Shown here: piece after piece, positions 36,881-45,165 of the stretch
Layout of the letters: each line of letters begins with the position of its first letter
Position numbering within the stretch: position 1 is the stretch's first letter
DNA from: Deltaproteobacteria bacterium SG8_13
Lineage (GTDB): Bacteria > Desulfobacterota > Desulfobacteria > Desulfobacterales > SG8-13
Length of the DNA stretch: 64,000 bases
NCBI GenBank assembly: GCA_001303025.1
Contig: LJNK01000008.1
Span: 663 to 64,662 of the forward strand
Direction: 5' to 3'
The notes under the pieces: generated by a model
What the model was told of the DNA's origin: nothing
The model's database searches: none
The model's input: the letters and a program-made list of their open reading frames with translations, nothing else
Translations under genes and position numbers: made by a program

Positions 36881-38263
36881 ATGGAGACGGTTCTGATCGT
36901 CGATGACGAAAAAAACTATCCGCGTATTCTCGGTGCGGTTCTGGAAGACGAGGGATTTGAAATCCTGACCGCCAACAGCGGCGCACAGGCCCTCGAGGTC
37001 CTGGATGCCTCCGATATCGACCTGGTGTTGTCCGACGTGAAAATGCCGGAGATGGATGGCATCGACCTGCTGGAAAAGATTAAGACCAGGGATCCGCAAC
37101 TGCCGGTTATTATGATGACCGCTCACGGCACGGTGGATAAGGCCGTGGAAGCCATGGAGAAAGGCGCTTACAGCTATCTCCTCAAGCCATTCGACAACGA
37201 CCGGCTAATCATCTATGTAAACAAAGCGATCGCCGTCCATCGCGTGATCAAAGAAAACCGCCGGTTGCGAAGTGCGGTCAGCACCCGCTACAGTTTTGGG
37301 AACATCATCGGCAAGAGCAAGCCCATGCTGGATGTATTCGAAACGATCCGGAAGGTGGCGCCTGCAAATGCCACCGTTTTGATCGAGGGGGAAAGCGGTA
37401 CCGGCAAGGAGCTTGTCGCTAAATCGATTCACTTCAACAGCCCGCGTGCAGCGATGCCCTTCGTGGCAGTGAACTGTTCTGCTCTGGCCGAAAGCCTCCT
37501 GGAAAGTGAACTGTTCGGTCACGAAAAAGGCGCATTTACCGGTGCGGCCGCCATGAAGAAGGGGCGATTCGAGCGTGCGGACGGCGGTACGCTGTTTCTG
37601 GATGAAATCGGTGAACTGTCCGGCGACCTTCAGGTGAAGCTGCTGCGAGTGCTGCAAGAAAAGGTCATCGAACGTGTAGGCGGCACCAAGCCGATCGCCG
37701 TGGACATCCGGGTTATCACAGCCACCAACAAGAATCTGAAAAACGAAATGCTATCCGGCCGGTTTCGCGAAGATTTGTTTTACCGGCTGGATGTCGTGCA
37801 CATCGCCCTGCCGCCGCTCCACCAGCGACAGGCAGACATCCGCCTGCTCGTCGACCATTTTATCAAAAAATATGCTACTGAAAGAAAAACCGGGCAACCG
37901 GTCGTCGGGATCGATGCCGATGCGGAGCGACTGCTGTATGAATACAGCTGGCCTGGTAATGTGCGGGAGCTGGAAAATGTCATCGAAAGATTGATGATCC
38001 TGGGCTCCGGCTCGACCATCACGGTCTCCGACCTGCCGAAAAGTATTCGCAGCTCGGTTCATAACGACCTGTACATCGGAGACATTCCAGCCAACGCCAA
38101 ACTTTACGACACCCTGGCCATGGTCGAAAAGGCCTTGATCGAACGCGCGCTGAAGGTTTCCGGCAACGTGCAGTCGCATGCCGCTTCGCTTCTCGGAATT
38201 GGCAAGAGCGGCTTGAATCAGAAGATCAAGAAGTACAACCTGGAGGTGGGCCCGAAAATGTGA
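36881..38263 (+). CDS. Sigma-54-dependent response regulator (NtrC/AtoC/PilR family)
   Basis: The REC domain is [20 protein letters not shown] and Walker A is GESGTGKE. The GAFTGA loop is intact ([15 protein letters not shown]). ESELFGH is present, and the C-terminal Fis-type HTH is [23 protein letters not shown]. Confidence 0.9.
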   Translation: METVLIVDDEKNYPRILGAVLEDEGFEILTANSGAQALEVLDASDIDLVLSDVKMPEMDGIDLLEKIKTRDPQLPVIMMTAHGTVDKAVEAMEKGAYSYLLKPFDNDRLIIYVNKAIAVHRVIKENRRLRSAVSTRYSFGNIIGKSKPMLDVFETIRKVAPANATVLIEGESGTGKELVAKSIHFNSPRAAMPFVAVNCSALAESLLESELFGHEKGAFTGAAAMKKGRFERADGGTLFLDEIGELSGDLQVKLLRVLQEKVIERVGGTKPIAVDIRVITATNKNLKNEMLSGRFREDLFYRLDVVHIALPPLHQRQADIRLLVDHFIKKYATERKTGQPVVGIDADAERLLYEYSWPGNVRELENVIERLMILGSGSTITVSDLPKSIRSSVHNDLYIGDIPANAKLYDTLAMVEKALIERALKVSGNVQSHAASLLGIGKSGLNQKIKKYNLEVGPKM

Positions 38264-38271
38264 CCTGCATC

Positions 38272-38997
38272 TCAAGGAGATGTGGGTGTTCCAACCGCTT
38301 GTTGCGGCTCTTCTGCGGACCGATCTCGTGCCAGGTCGGCATAGAGAGAATCCGGCTGCTCGGATGTCAGCCGCTGAAAGCTTTGTTTGCTTTTTTCAAA
38401 CTCACCGAGGGCGGCATACAGCCGTCCGACATTAAACAGCGCTTGAGCCTTCAAGACCGAATCCGGAGAAGCAGCAACCTGCTGAAAGTACGTAACCGCT
38501 TTTTCCAGATCCTGCTTTTCCTCGTAAGCATACCCGAGTCCGTTGAGAATGGTATTTCGATAGAAAGAATCGTCGAAATCCCCCAACGCTGCATTGTAAA
38601 GCTCGATCGCTTCGTCCGGTTGCCTCCCCCGATAGCAAATGTCGGCGAATATTACCCGCGCAAATTTTCCGCCGGTCTGCCCGGAATAGTCTTCCAGGAG
38701 TTGCCGAAAATCCGCCCGGACCTGTTCGTACGCCTGCTGGGGTCCCTTTTCCTCCAACAGCGTCTCGTATTTCGTTCGGCCCTCTTCCAGCCGGGCAAAT
38801 GCCTCATCGGCCTTTTTCATGGAGCTGTAGCGAAATCCGGAAATCATCAGCACCAGGACAATGAGGCCGCCCAGTGCGCAGAGCAGCTGATACTTGTGTT
38901 CGAGGGCATACTGAAAAAGCCGGCTGGACAGGGTGAGAAACTCATCCGGTTGATTCAACAGTTCCTTGCGGGTGATCTTTTTCGCTTTTTTCGCCAT
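38272..38997 (-). CDS. Single-pass membrane TPR protein (YfgM-like)
   Basis: A basic N-terminus precedes one TM helix (LLCALGGLIVLVLMISGF). TPR-like repeats follow (AIELYNAALG, GLGYAYEEKQDLEKAVTYFQQV, ALFNVGRLYAALGEFEKS). Confidence 0.7.
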   Translation of the reverse strand: MAKKAKKITRKELLNQPDEFLTLSSRLFQYALEHKYQLLCALGGLIVLVLMISGFRYSSMKKADEAFARLEEGRTKYETLLEEKGPQQAYEQVRADFRQLLEDYSGQTGGKFARVIFADICYRGRQPDEAIELYNAALGDFDDSFYRNTILNGLGYAYEEKQDLEKAVTYFQQVAASPDSVLKAQALFNVGRLYAALGEFEKSKQSFQRLTSEQPDSLYADLARDRSAEEPQQAVGTPTSP

Positions 38998-39038
38998 AGC
39001 AGTTTATCTTTTCCTGTCTGTTTCGTAAAATGTCCCGA

Positions 39039-40034
39039 TTACAACAATTTCCGGATTCGATCCCAGCCGTCCGGAGGAATCGATGCCCCAATGACTTGAC
39101 AGACCTCGTACCCGCAGGCTGAAGCAATGGCGCCACACCGGTCGAGGGGATAGCCGTTGACAAGGCCGAAAAGAAAACCGGATGCCCATAGATCCCCCGC
39201 ACCGGTCGTATCCACTGCTCTTCCGTCACCCAAGGCTTTCACTTTCCACGTTTTCCCGCCCCGGGCGATATAACTGCCCCGGTGGCCGACTTTCACAACG
39301 GCGATATCGGTCTTCTCCGCCAGTATCTGCAGGGCCTCCTGTTCGCTGTTCGATCCGGAAAACGCCCTGGCCTCGTCTTCATTGGCCATCACGATATCGA
39401 CGTATTTTTCCATAAACTGATTCAGGAGCTCGCGTGATTCTTCCACCACGGTAAAGCTGGCCAGGTCCAAGGAAACCAGGGCTCCGGCTGCCTTGGCCGC
39501 CTGCAGGGTCCCCGTGATCAATTCGGGATTGAACAGCAGATAGCCCTCGACGTGGACTACGGCGGCACCGTCGAAACAACCGTTGTCCAGTTCCTCCGGC
39601 CTGGTTTCAGCGGATGCCCCCAGGAAAGTAAACATTGATCGCTGCGCATCGGGGGTAATGATCGAAAGAACCCTGCCCGTGGGAGAATTTGACCGCAGCA
39701 CCGCCGGTTCCACGTTTTGCCGGATCAAATCCTCACAAAACATGTTGCCCCATTTGCCGTTACCGCATTTGCCGACAAACCGGGCCGTTCCGCCCAATCT
39801 TCCCACCCCCACCACCGTGTTGCAGGCCGATCCTCCGGGAACGATCTTTGGATTGCTGGAGGCTCTCGTGAGCGCAGTGTCTATAAACTTTCGATCCACA
39901 TAACGCATTCCGCCCTTAACGGCACCGGTTTGATCCAGAAACGCGTCATCTTCGTGGGTCAAGATGTCCATCAGCGCCGAACCGACCCCGACCACCAGTT
40001 TTCTATCGAGATTGGATTTGCTGGTCTGCTTCAA
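39039..40034 (-). CDS. PfkB-family kinase (adenosine kinase-like)
   Basis: VVGVGSALMDIL..GGSACNT are the N-terminal motifs. AVDTTGAGDLWASGFLFG is PfkB signature 2. Confidence 0.8.
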   Translation of the reverse strand: MKQTSKSNLDRKLVVGVGSALMDILTHEDDAFLDQTGAVKGGMRYVDRKFIDTALTRASSNPKIVPGGSACNTVVGVGRLGGTARFVGKCGNGKWGNMFCEDLIRQNVEPAVLRSNSPTGRVLSIITPDAQRSMFTFLGASAETRPEELDNGCFDGAAVVHVEGYLLFNPELITGTLQAAKAAGALVSLDLASFTVVEESRELLNQFMEKYVDIVMANEDEARAFSGSNSEQEALQILAEKTDIAVVKVGHRGSYIARGGKTWKVKALGDGRAVDTTGAGDLWASGFLFGLVNGYPLDRCGAIASACGYEVCQVIGASIPPDGWDRIRKLL

Positions 40035-40043
40035 AGATCGTCC

Positions 40044-40487
40044 TCACCACACCAGCGATTGGTGGATCCAACCCTGGTCTCCGTCAGCGTGCCGCACCTG
40101 CAACCATTTGCCTTGGCGTTGCAGGACTTTAAAGGGGATTCCCCTTTCCACCGTCAACAGGATGCTGAACGTTGTCCCCGGTCCAGAGCGAACATTGCAT
40201 TTGTCGGAGCGGGTGATGACAGCCGGTATGCTGGCGACCAAGGACTGGTGAACCCAGCCGATGTCGCCCTCGAAGTCGCGGAACTGGATCCATTGATCCG
40301 ATTTTGTCAGCACCTCTAGGGGATGGTACTGCTCGATTTTCCAGAGGATCTCGTATTGCGTCCCCGGACCGGAACGAACATTGGCAATGCCGGCTTTTAC
40401 CGTCAGGCGTTCCGCTGAAACATAAGCGGCGAACATAACGAACACAAACGTCAGAATAAATGCTTTCTTTTTCATTGGTCGATCCAC
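40044..40487 (-). CDS. Secreted protein with two bacterial SH3 (SH3b) repeats
   Basis: It has a signal peptide. Two repeats follow the pattern NVRSGPGT.[YF].IL..[VI]E.G.P..VL...[DG].W.Q[FV]R...GD.GW[VI]HQSLV. Confidence 0.8.
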   Translation of the reverse strand: MDRPMKKKAFILTFVFVMFAAYVSAERLTVKAGIANVRSGPGTQYEILWKIEQYHPLEVLTKSDQWIQFRDFEGDIGWVHQSLVASIPAVITRSDKCNVRSGPGTTFSILLTVERGIPFKVLQRQGKWLQVRHADGDQGWIHQSLVW

Positions 40488-41122
40488 TACGCTGAGTAAA
40501 ACACCAGATCCGGCAACCGGATGCAGGTCAATTTGTTGCCGTAAACCGCGCCGGTATCGATCCCGATCTTATTCGGCTGCAGCAGCGGTTCGGGCAGCGG
40601 TGTATGACCGAATACCACGGGTTTGCCGAAGTCGTGTCCGGACTCGATAAACTTTTTCCGGATCCACAGAAGATCCTCCGATTTCTGCTTCGCCAGGGGG
40701 ACATTCTTTTGAAGACCGGCGTGCACGAATATATAGTTTTCGGTTTCGTAGTACATCATCAGGGACTTGAAAAATGCCAGGTGTTGTGCCGGGATCAACG
40801 GTTCGTCCGTCTCCCTCGATCGACTCATGTAACTGTCTAGTGTTTGCTGGCCGCCGTTGAAAAGATAGGTGAGTCGATCTTCCCCGGAAATGTATTTTTC
40901 GAACATCTCCTCGTGGTTGCCTTTCAGAAAAACAGTATTCGGATGTCTTTTGCGCAGATCGATCAGGTAATCCACCACCTCGAAGGACTGCGGACCGCGA
41001 TCGATGTAGTCTCCCAAAAAAACGAGCATTTCCGAATCCAGGTCGATATCGATCTTGTCCATCAGGGCGCACAGCTTGTCATAACGCCCATGAATATCAC
41101 CGATTGCGTATATGGTTTCCAT
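40487..41122 (-). CDS. PPP-family metallophosphoesterase (Ser/Thr phosphatase 1 / ApaH-like)
   Basis: IYAIGDIHGRYDKL, LVFLGDYIDRGPQS, LKGNHE and VFGHTP match GDxHG, GDxxDRG, GNHE and the terminal His. The likely start is METIYA at 41122. Confidence 0.85.
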   Translation of the reverse strand: METIYAIGDIHGRYDKLCALMDKIDIDLDSEMLVFLGDYIDRGPQSFEVVDYLIDLRKRHPNTVFLKGNHEEMFEKYISGEDRLTYLFNGGQQTLDSYMSRSRETDEPLIPAQHLAFFKSLMMYYETENYIFVHAGLQKNVPLAKQKSEDLLWIRKKFIESGHDFGKPVVFGHTPLPEPLLQPNKIGIDTGAVYGNKLTCIRLPDLVFYSA

Positions 41123-41160
41123 TGATGTCCGCTTCAAAAGGCATCCCGGAAATGAGAGGT

Positions 41161-42087
41161 TTACCACAGCATGAACGTTCGCCGCGGTCGATCCAGACGC
41201 CGGATGCCTTCTTCTTTGGCTGCGCGGACCGCCTCCGTGTGATCGCTTGTTGTGGGGTAATCATCCAGCCCCTCGACTTCATCGGCACGGCCACAGGGTC
41301 GGTACTGCGCCATGATGTTTACGTAACTGTCCGGTGAAACAGAGCCGGCAATAAAGCGCATCCCCTCCCGGGTGCCGGCCAGCTTGGCGGGCAGCACCAA
41401 ATGCCGGATCAACACTCCCCGGGATGCGACACCGGACTCGTCGATCACCAGATCCCCCACCTGGCGATGCATCTCGATGATTGCCCGACGCGCCACTTGC
41501 GGGTAGTCCGGCGCATCGCAGGCGTCTGCTGCAACTTTTTCGTCCCAAAATTTGAAATCCGGCATGTAGATGTCAACGACACCGTCGAGCAGCCGCAGGG
41601 TGCTGACGCGGTCGTATCCACCCGAATTATACACCAGCGGCACTCTCAGCCCGGCTTCAACGGCGATTTCCAGGGCCTCCAAAATCTGGGGCACGACATG
41701 CGTAGGGGTCACGAAGTTGATGTTGTGGCAGCCGCTGCGCTGCAGCTCCAGCATAACGGCGGCCAGTTGTTCCGATTCGGCCTCCTGTCCGTATCCCTGA
41801 TGGCTGATGTCATAATTCTGGCAGAAGACACACATCAGGTTGCAGTGGGTAAAAAAAATGGTCCCGGACCCACGGGTTCCCACCAGCGGCGCCTCTTCCC
41901 CGAAATGCGGGTTGAAACTCGAAATGCAGGCCTTTGCAGCGGTTTTACAGATCCCGGTCTCACCGGACAGACGATCGACCCCGCACCTGCGGGGGCACAG
42001 GCTGCAACTTTTCAGGATCTTTCGGGCCTTGACGATGCGCTCGCGTAACAGGCCCTTTTCGATGGTTTCGATATAAGCCGGGATCAT
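41161..42087 (-). CDS. Radical SAM protein, PflX-like (COG1313-type)
   Basis: The N-terminal Cys cluster is CSLCPRRCGVDR..GICK. The radical SAM motif is FFTHCNLMCVFCQN (CxxxCxxC). There is no C-terminal SPASM-type Cys cluster. Confidence 0.82.
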   Translation of the reverse strand: MIPAYIETIEKGLLRERIVKARKILKSCSLCPRRCGVDRLSGETGICKTAAKACISSFNPHFGEEAPLVGTRGSGTIFFTHCNLMCVFCQNYDISHQGYGQEAESEQLAAVMLELQRSGCHNINFVTPTHVVPQILEALEIAVEAGLRVPLVYNSGGYDRVSTLRLLDGVVDIYMPDFKFWDEKVAADACDAPDYPQVARRAIIEMHRQVGDLVIDESGVASRGVLIRHLVLPAKLAGTREGMRFIAGSVSPDSYVNIMAQYRPCGRADEVEGLDDYPTTSDHTEAVRAAKEEGIRRLDRPRRTFMLW

Positions 42088-42113
42088 GGACCCCTTTTTC
42101 CGCTGCTAAAGCT

Positions 42114-42791
42114 TCAGGTATCCTGTTCCACCAGGATCTTTTCAGCCAAACCCTTTCCCAAAACGAAGCGCTTGAAATCGACGGCGATGACCATCTGGCC
42201 CCTGTTCTGGTTGGTGATCACTTCCACTTTGTCGCCGATCCTCAGGCCCATGGTCATCAGCCGCATCCGTGCTCCACTGCCGCCGTTGATTTCCTTTATG
42301 ACCAGGCGCTCTCCCTGTTTGGCAGCATTCAGCGCTATCGTCTGGCTCCGATCCCGCAGGCACTCGCTGCAGATGCCGTATATTTCCATACGGTGCTGCA
42401 GCATGTGAAATCCCCGGTCGGCGGCGATCCGAAGCTGTAAGTCTTCAAGGCGATTGTTCTGAAATTCGAAAATGCCTTTGCACTTCGTGCAGATCAAGTG
42501 ATCATGGTGCTGGCCCAGATGGCGGTGTTCGTAGCGGACCACCCCATTGTCAAAACGATTTTTGCTGGCAAAGCCGAACCGGCACATCAATTTCAGGGTA
42601 TCGCGGACAAAATCCACCGAAAAGCCATAGCCGCTTCTTTCTAGAACTTCGATCAGCTCATCTGCCGTGAGATGCTCTTCGGTCTGAAGGAAGACCTCCA
42701 ACACGCGGAATCGATCCTCGAAACGATCGATGTGCTCCTGTTGAAACAGCTTTTTAAACTGCTCTTTTTCCTGGCGGTGTACTTGTTGCAT
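42114..42791 (-). CDS. Fur-family metalloregulator fused to a C-terminal FeoA domain
   Basis: The Fur part has HLGQHHDHLICTKCKG and GICSEC. The FeoA part is GERLVIKEINGGSGARMRLMTMGLRIGDKVEVITNQNRGQMVIAVDFKRFVLGKGLAEKILV. It is a single uninterrupted ORF. Confidence 0.8.
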   Translation of the reverse strand: MQQVHRQEKEQFKKLFQQEHIDRFEDRFRVLEVFLQTEEHLTADELIEVLERSGYGFSVDFVRDTLKLMCRFGFASKNRFDNGVVRYEHRHLGQHHDHLICTKCKGIFEFQNNRLEDLQLRIAADRGFHMLQHRMEIYGICSECLRDRSQTIALNAAKQGERLVIKEINGGSGARMRLMTMGLRIGDKVEVITNQNRGQMVIAVDFKRFVLGKGLAEKILVEQDT

Positions 42792-42840
42792 AGTTGAACC
42801 GTGGCACAGGCAGCGTCAGCGTCCTGCAGCTCCTTCGGAC

Positions 42841-43086
42841 TTAGCGGGAATGGCCGGGCAGCTCTATCGTGGTGCAGCTTCCGCCCGAACATGTGCGGGA
42901 CTCTGACTGGATCCCCTCTTTCGGTCCGGAGCCGCCGGACGTGCTGTGACTCGTGCAGCTTAGAATCCGCTCGAAGTCCTCCGAACGGCAATGCGGACAT
43001 CGCATTTCCACTGACTCGTCTGATGACATAACAAGTATTTCAAAACACTCGTTGCATTGCAGGCATTTGAATTCGAATATGGGCAT
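42841..43086 (-). CDS. FmdB-family zinc-ribbon protein with a Cys/Ser/Gly/Thr-rich tail (81 aa)
   Basis: MPIFEFKCLQCNECFEIL..MRCPHCRS is the CxxC..CxxC zinc ribbon typical of the family. An AGGAA Shine-Dalgarno lies 7 nt upstream. A good sigma-70 promoter is present. Confidence 0.75.
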   Translation of the reverse strand: MPIFEFKCLQCNECFEILVMSSDESVEMRCPHCRSEDFERILSCTSHSTSGGSGPKEGIQSESRTCSGGSCTTIELPGHSR

Positions 43087-43126
43087 CGCGTTGTTCCTTT
43101 GTACGGTATTTTATTATAAAAGAGTA

Positions 43127-43155
43127 AGAATATTGAATCGCAGCGGTATTGTCAA
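43127..43155 (-). promoter_or_regulatory. Sigma-70-type promoter of the fmdB-fur/feoA-radical SAM operon
   Basis: The minus strand reads TTGACA (43155-43150), a 17-nt spacer, then TATTCT (43132-43127). An AT-rich tract CTTTTATAATAAAATACC follows, then an AGGAA Shine-Dalgarno. Confidence 0.5.
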
Positions 43156-43293
43156 GCTGCTGGTGTCGCCGCTTATCTCCCACAGCGTCGGTTCCCATTT
43201 CAAAAAAGGGCAATAAACGGGCACACAAAATCATCAGATCATCCAGGGGATCGTGGTGCATCCGGCGGAACATGCCGGCGGCCACCGGGCGGT

Positions 43294-44991
43294 TTATCGC
43301 TTCACCAATTCGCGGGCGTGGGCCAGCGTGGCCCGGGTGAGCTCGACACCTCCGAGCATGCGGGCGATTTCCTCCACCCGCCGGGGCTCGTCCAGCAGTG
43401 TGATCGTCACCCGCGTTCGACCACCGGCAATGCTCTTGGCGATAGTAAAGTGGTGGCTGCCGAATTTCGCGATCTGTGGCAAGTGGGTGATGCAGATCAC
43501 CTGATGATGCTTTGCCAGGCTGTCAAGCTTCTGACCGACGATTTCGGCAACCCCTCCACCGATACCGGCGTCCACTTCATCAAAAACGACGGTCTCCACG
43601 GAATCGGTCTCAGCCAGTATGGCCTTTATGGCCAGCACCACCCGGGATAGTTCCCCCCCTGAGGCAATAGCGGCCAGGGGTTTCAACTCCTCTCCGACAT
43701 TCGGTGCGATCAGGAAGGTGACCCGGTCCGTTCCGCTGTCGGTGACCTGGCCGCCATTGCACACCAGGTAACCGCTGGTTTTCTCGTCGGCCGCCTGCGT
43801 GCTCAGGCGGATTTCAAATCTGGTTTGACCCATCCGCAGATCGGCAAGCTCCGATACGATTTCTTCAGAAAGCGCCGCAGCCGCCTTGCTGCGCTGCCGC
43901 GACAGCCGCCCGGACAATTCTCCGAGCCGGGACTGCTGCTTTGCCAGCTCGGCCTCTGTTTCGGAAATATCCTGCTCGACGTTCTCAACAGCAGACAGCG
44001 CTGTCGAAACCTCCTCGTAGAACGTCTCGACGGCAGACAAGGATCCGCCGTACTTGCGCTTGAGCCGGTTGAGCGTATCGAGCCGTTCCTCGACCTGGCC
44101 CAGGCGCTCTTCATCCACGGTCAGGGTTCTCAGGTATCTTCGAAATTCCGCCACAACGTCTTCGAATTGAAATACCATCGCATCCAGTCGCTCGGCTTTG
44201 GGCTTCAGCTCACCGTCGATGGCGGCCGCCTTTTCCAGGGCCTTTTTCACCTCCACCAGTTTCTCGGATACCGAACCTTCCGATCCATACAAAGATTCAA
44301 TCCCGCTAAAAACCGTCTGGTAGAGAAACTCCGCATTTTTCAGACGGATGCGTTCGCTCTCCAGCTGTTCGTCTTCGCCAGCGGCGATGTCGGCAGCCGC
44401 TATTTCCTGCCGTTGAAAGGAGAGCAGCTCCAACTGCTGGGCTTGCCGCTGTTGAAGCAGTTTCAGCCGATCCAATTGCCGGATTACGGGCAGGATCCGA
44501 TGATAGGCGTCAAAAACCTGCTGTCGCAATGGCATCAAGCCCGCAAACTGGTCGAGAATCAACAGCTGCTGATCTTCCTGCAGCAGGCTTTGATGGGCAT
44601 GCTGACCGGAAATGCTCGCCAGGTTGGCGGTAACGCGGTTGAGCATCTGCTGGGTGCACAGCCTGCCGTTGATGTAGATCCGATTGGCGTCCGTCCGGGA
44701 AATCATGCGGCGCACGACGAGTCCCTCTGCCGGGTCTATCCCGTGCTCGGTCATGCAGCCGGCCGCCTCGCCGTCGGCCGGAACCCGGAAAAGCGCTTCC
44801 AGCTCGGCCGTTTCGCTGCCGGTGCGAATCAATGCAGCCGATGCCCGGCTGCCGAGCAGAAGATTGACGGCGTTGATCAATATAGTTTTTCCGGCACCGG
44901 TCTCCCCGCTCAAGATGGTGAGTCCATCTGCAAACCGGATGGTGAGATCATCGATGATCGCGAAGTTTCGAATGGAAAGTTCCTGGAGCAT
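43294..44991 (-). CDS. recN: DNA repair protein RecN
   Basis: MLQELSIRNFAIIDDL..LSGETGAGKTILINAVNLLLG starts the protein. A long coiled coil follows. The C-terminal IASGGELSRVVLAIK..VFDEVDAGIGG also matches. Confidence 0.93.
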   Translation of the reverse strand: MLQELSIRNFAIIDDLTIRFADGLTILSGETGAGKTILINAVNLLLGSRASAALIRTGSETAELEALFRVPADGEAAGCMTEHGIDPAEGLVVRRMISRTDANRIYINGRLCTQQMLNRVTANLASISGQHAHQSLLQEDQQLLILDQFAGLMPLRQQVFDAYHRILPVIRQLDRLKLLQQRQAQQLELLSFQRQEIAAADIAAGEDEQLESERIRLKNAEFLYQTVFSGIESLYGSEGSVSEKLVEVKKALEKAAAIDGELKPKAERLDAMVFQFEDVVAEFRRYLRTLTVDEERLGQVEERLDTLNRLKRKYGGSLSAVETFYEEVSTALSAVENVEQDISETEAELAKQQSRLGELSGRLSRQRSKAAAALSEEIVSELADLRMGQTRFEIRLSTQAADEKTSGYLVCNGGQVTDSGTDRVTFLIAPNVGEELKPLAAIASGGELSRVVLAIKAILAETDSVETVVFDEVDAGIGGGVAEIVGQKLDSLAKHHQVICITHLPQIAKFGSHHFTIAKSIAGGRTRVTITLLDEPRRVEEIARMLGGVELTRATLAHARELVKR

Positions 44992-45165
44992 AAACGCGTG
45001 AAGTTTGCCGGTAAATGGCGCGTGTCCACCGGCAGTTTAATCAGTTTTCCCAAGGGATCGGTGCGGCGCTTTATGGGGAATGCCTTTTGTTCGGGGAGAT
45101 TTATGCCATAGCCGCGGTTTTTTGTAAAGCCGCTATCCGGCAGGCCGGCGATAACCGAATTCATA

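Noticed and set aside
40044-43086. RiPP-type cluster (Cys-rich precursor peptide plus radical SAM maturase, SCIFF/ranthipeptide-like)
   Set aside because: The radical SAM protein lacks a C-terminal SPASM/twitch Cys cluster and matches the PflX/COG1313 layout instead. The peptide is a folded FmdB zinc ribbon, not a leader-core peptide. No protease or exporter genes are present. The idea is kept only as a minor alternative within the operon finding.
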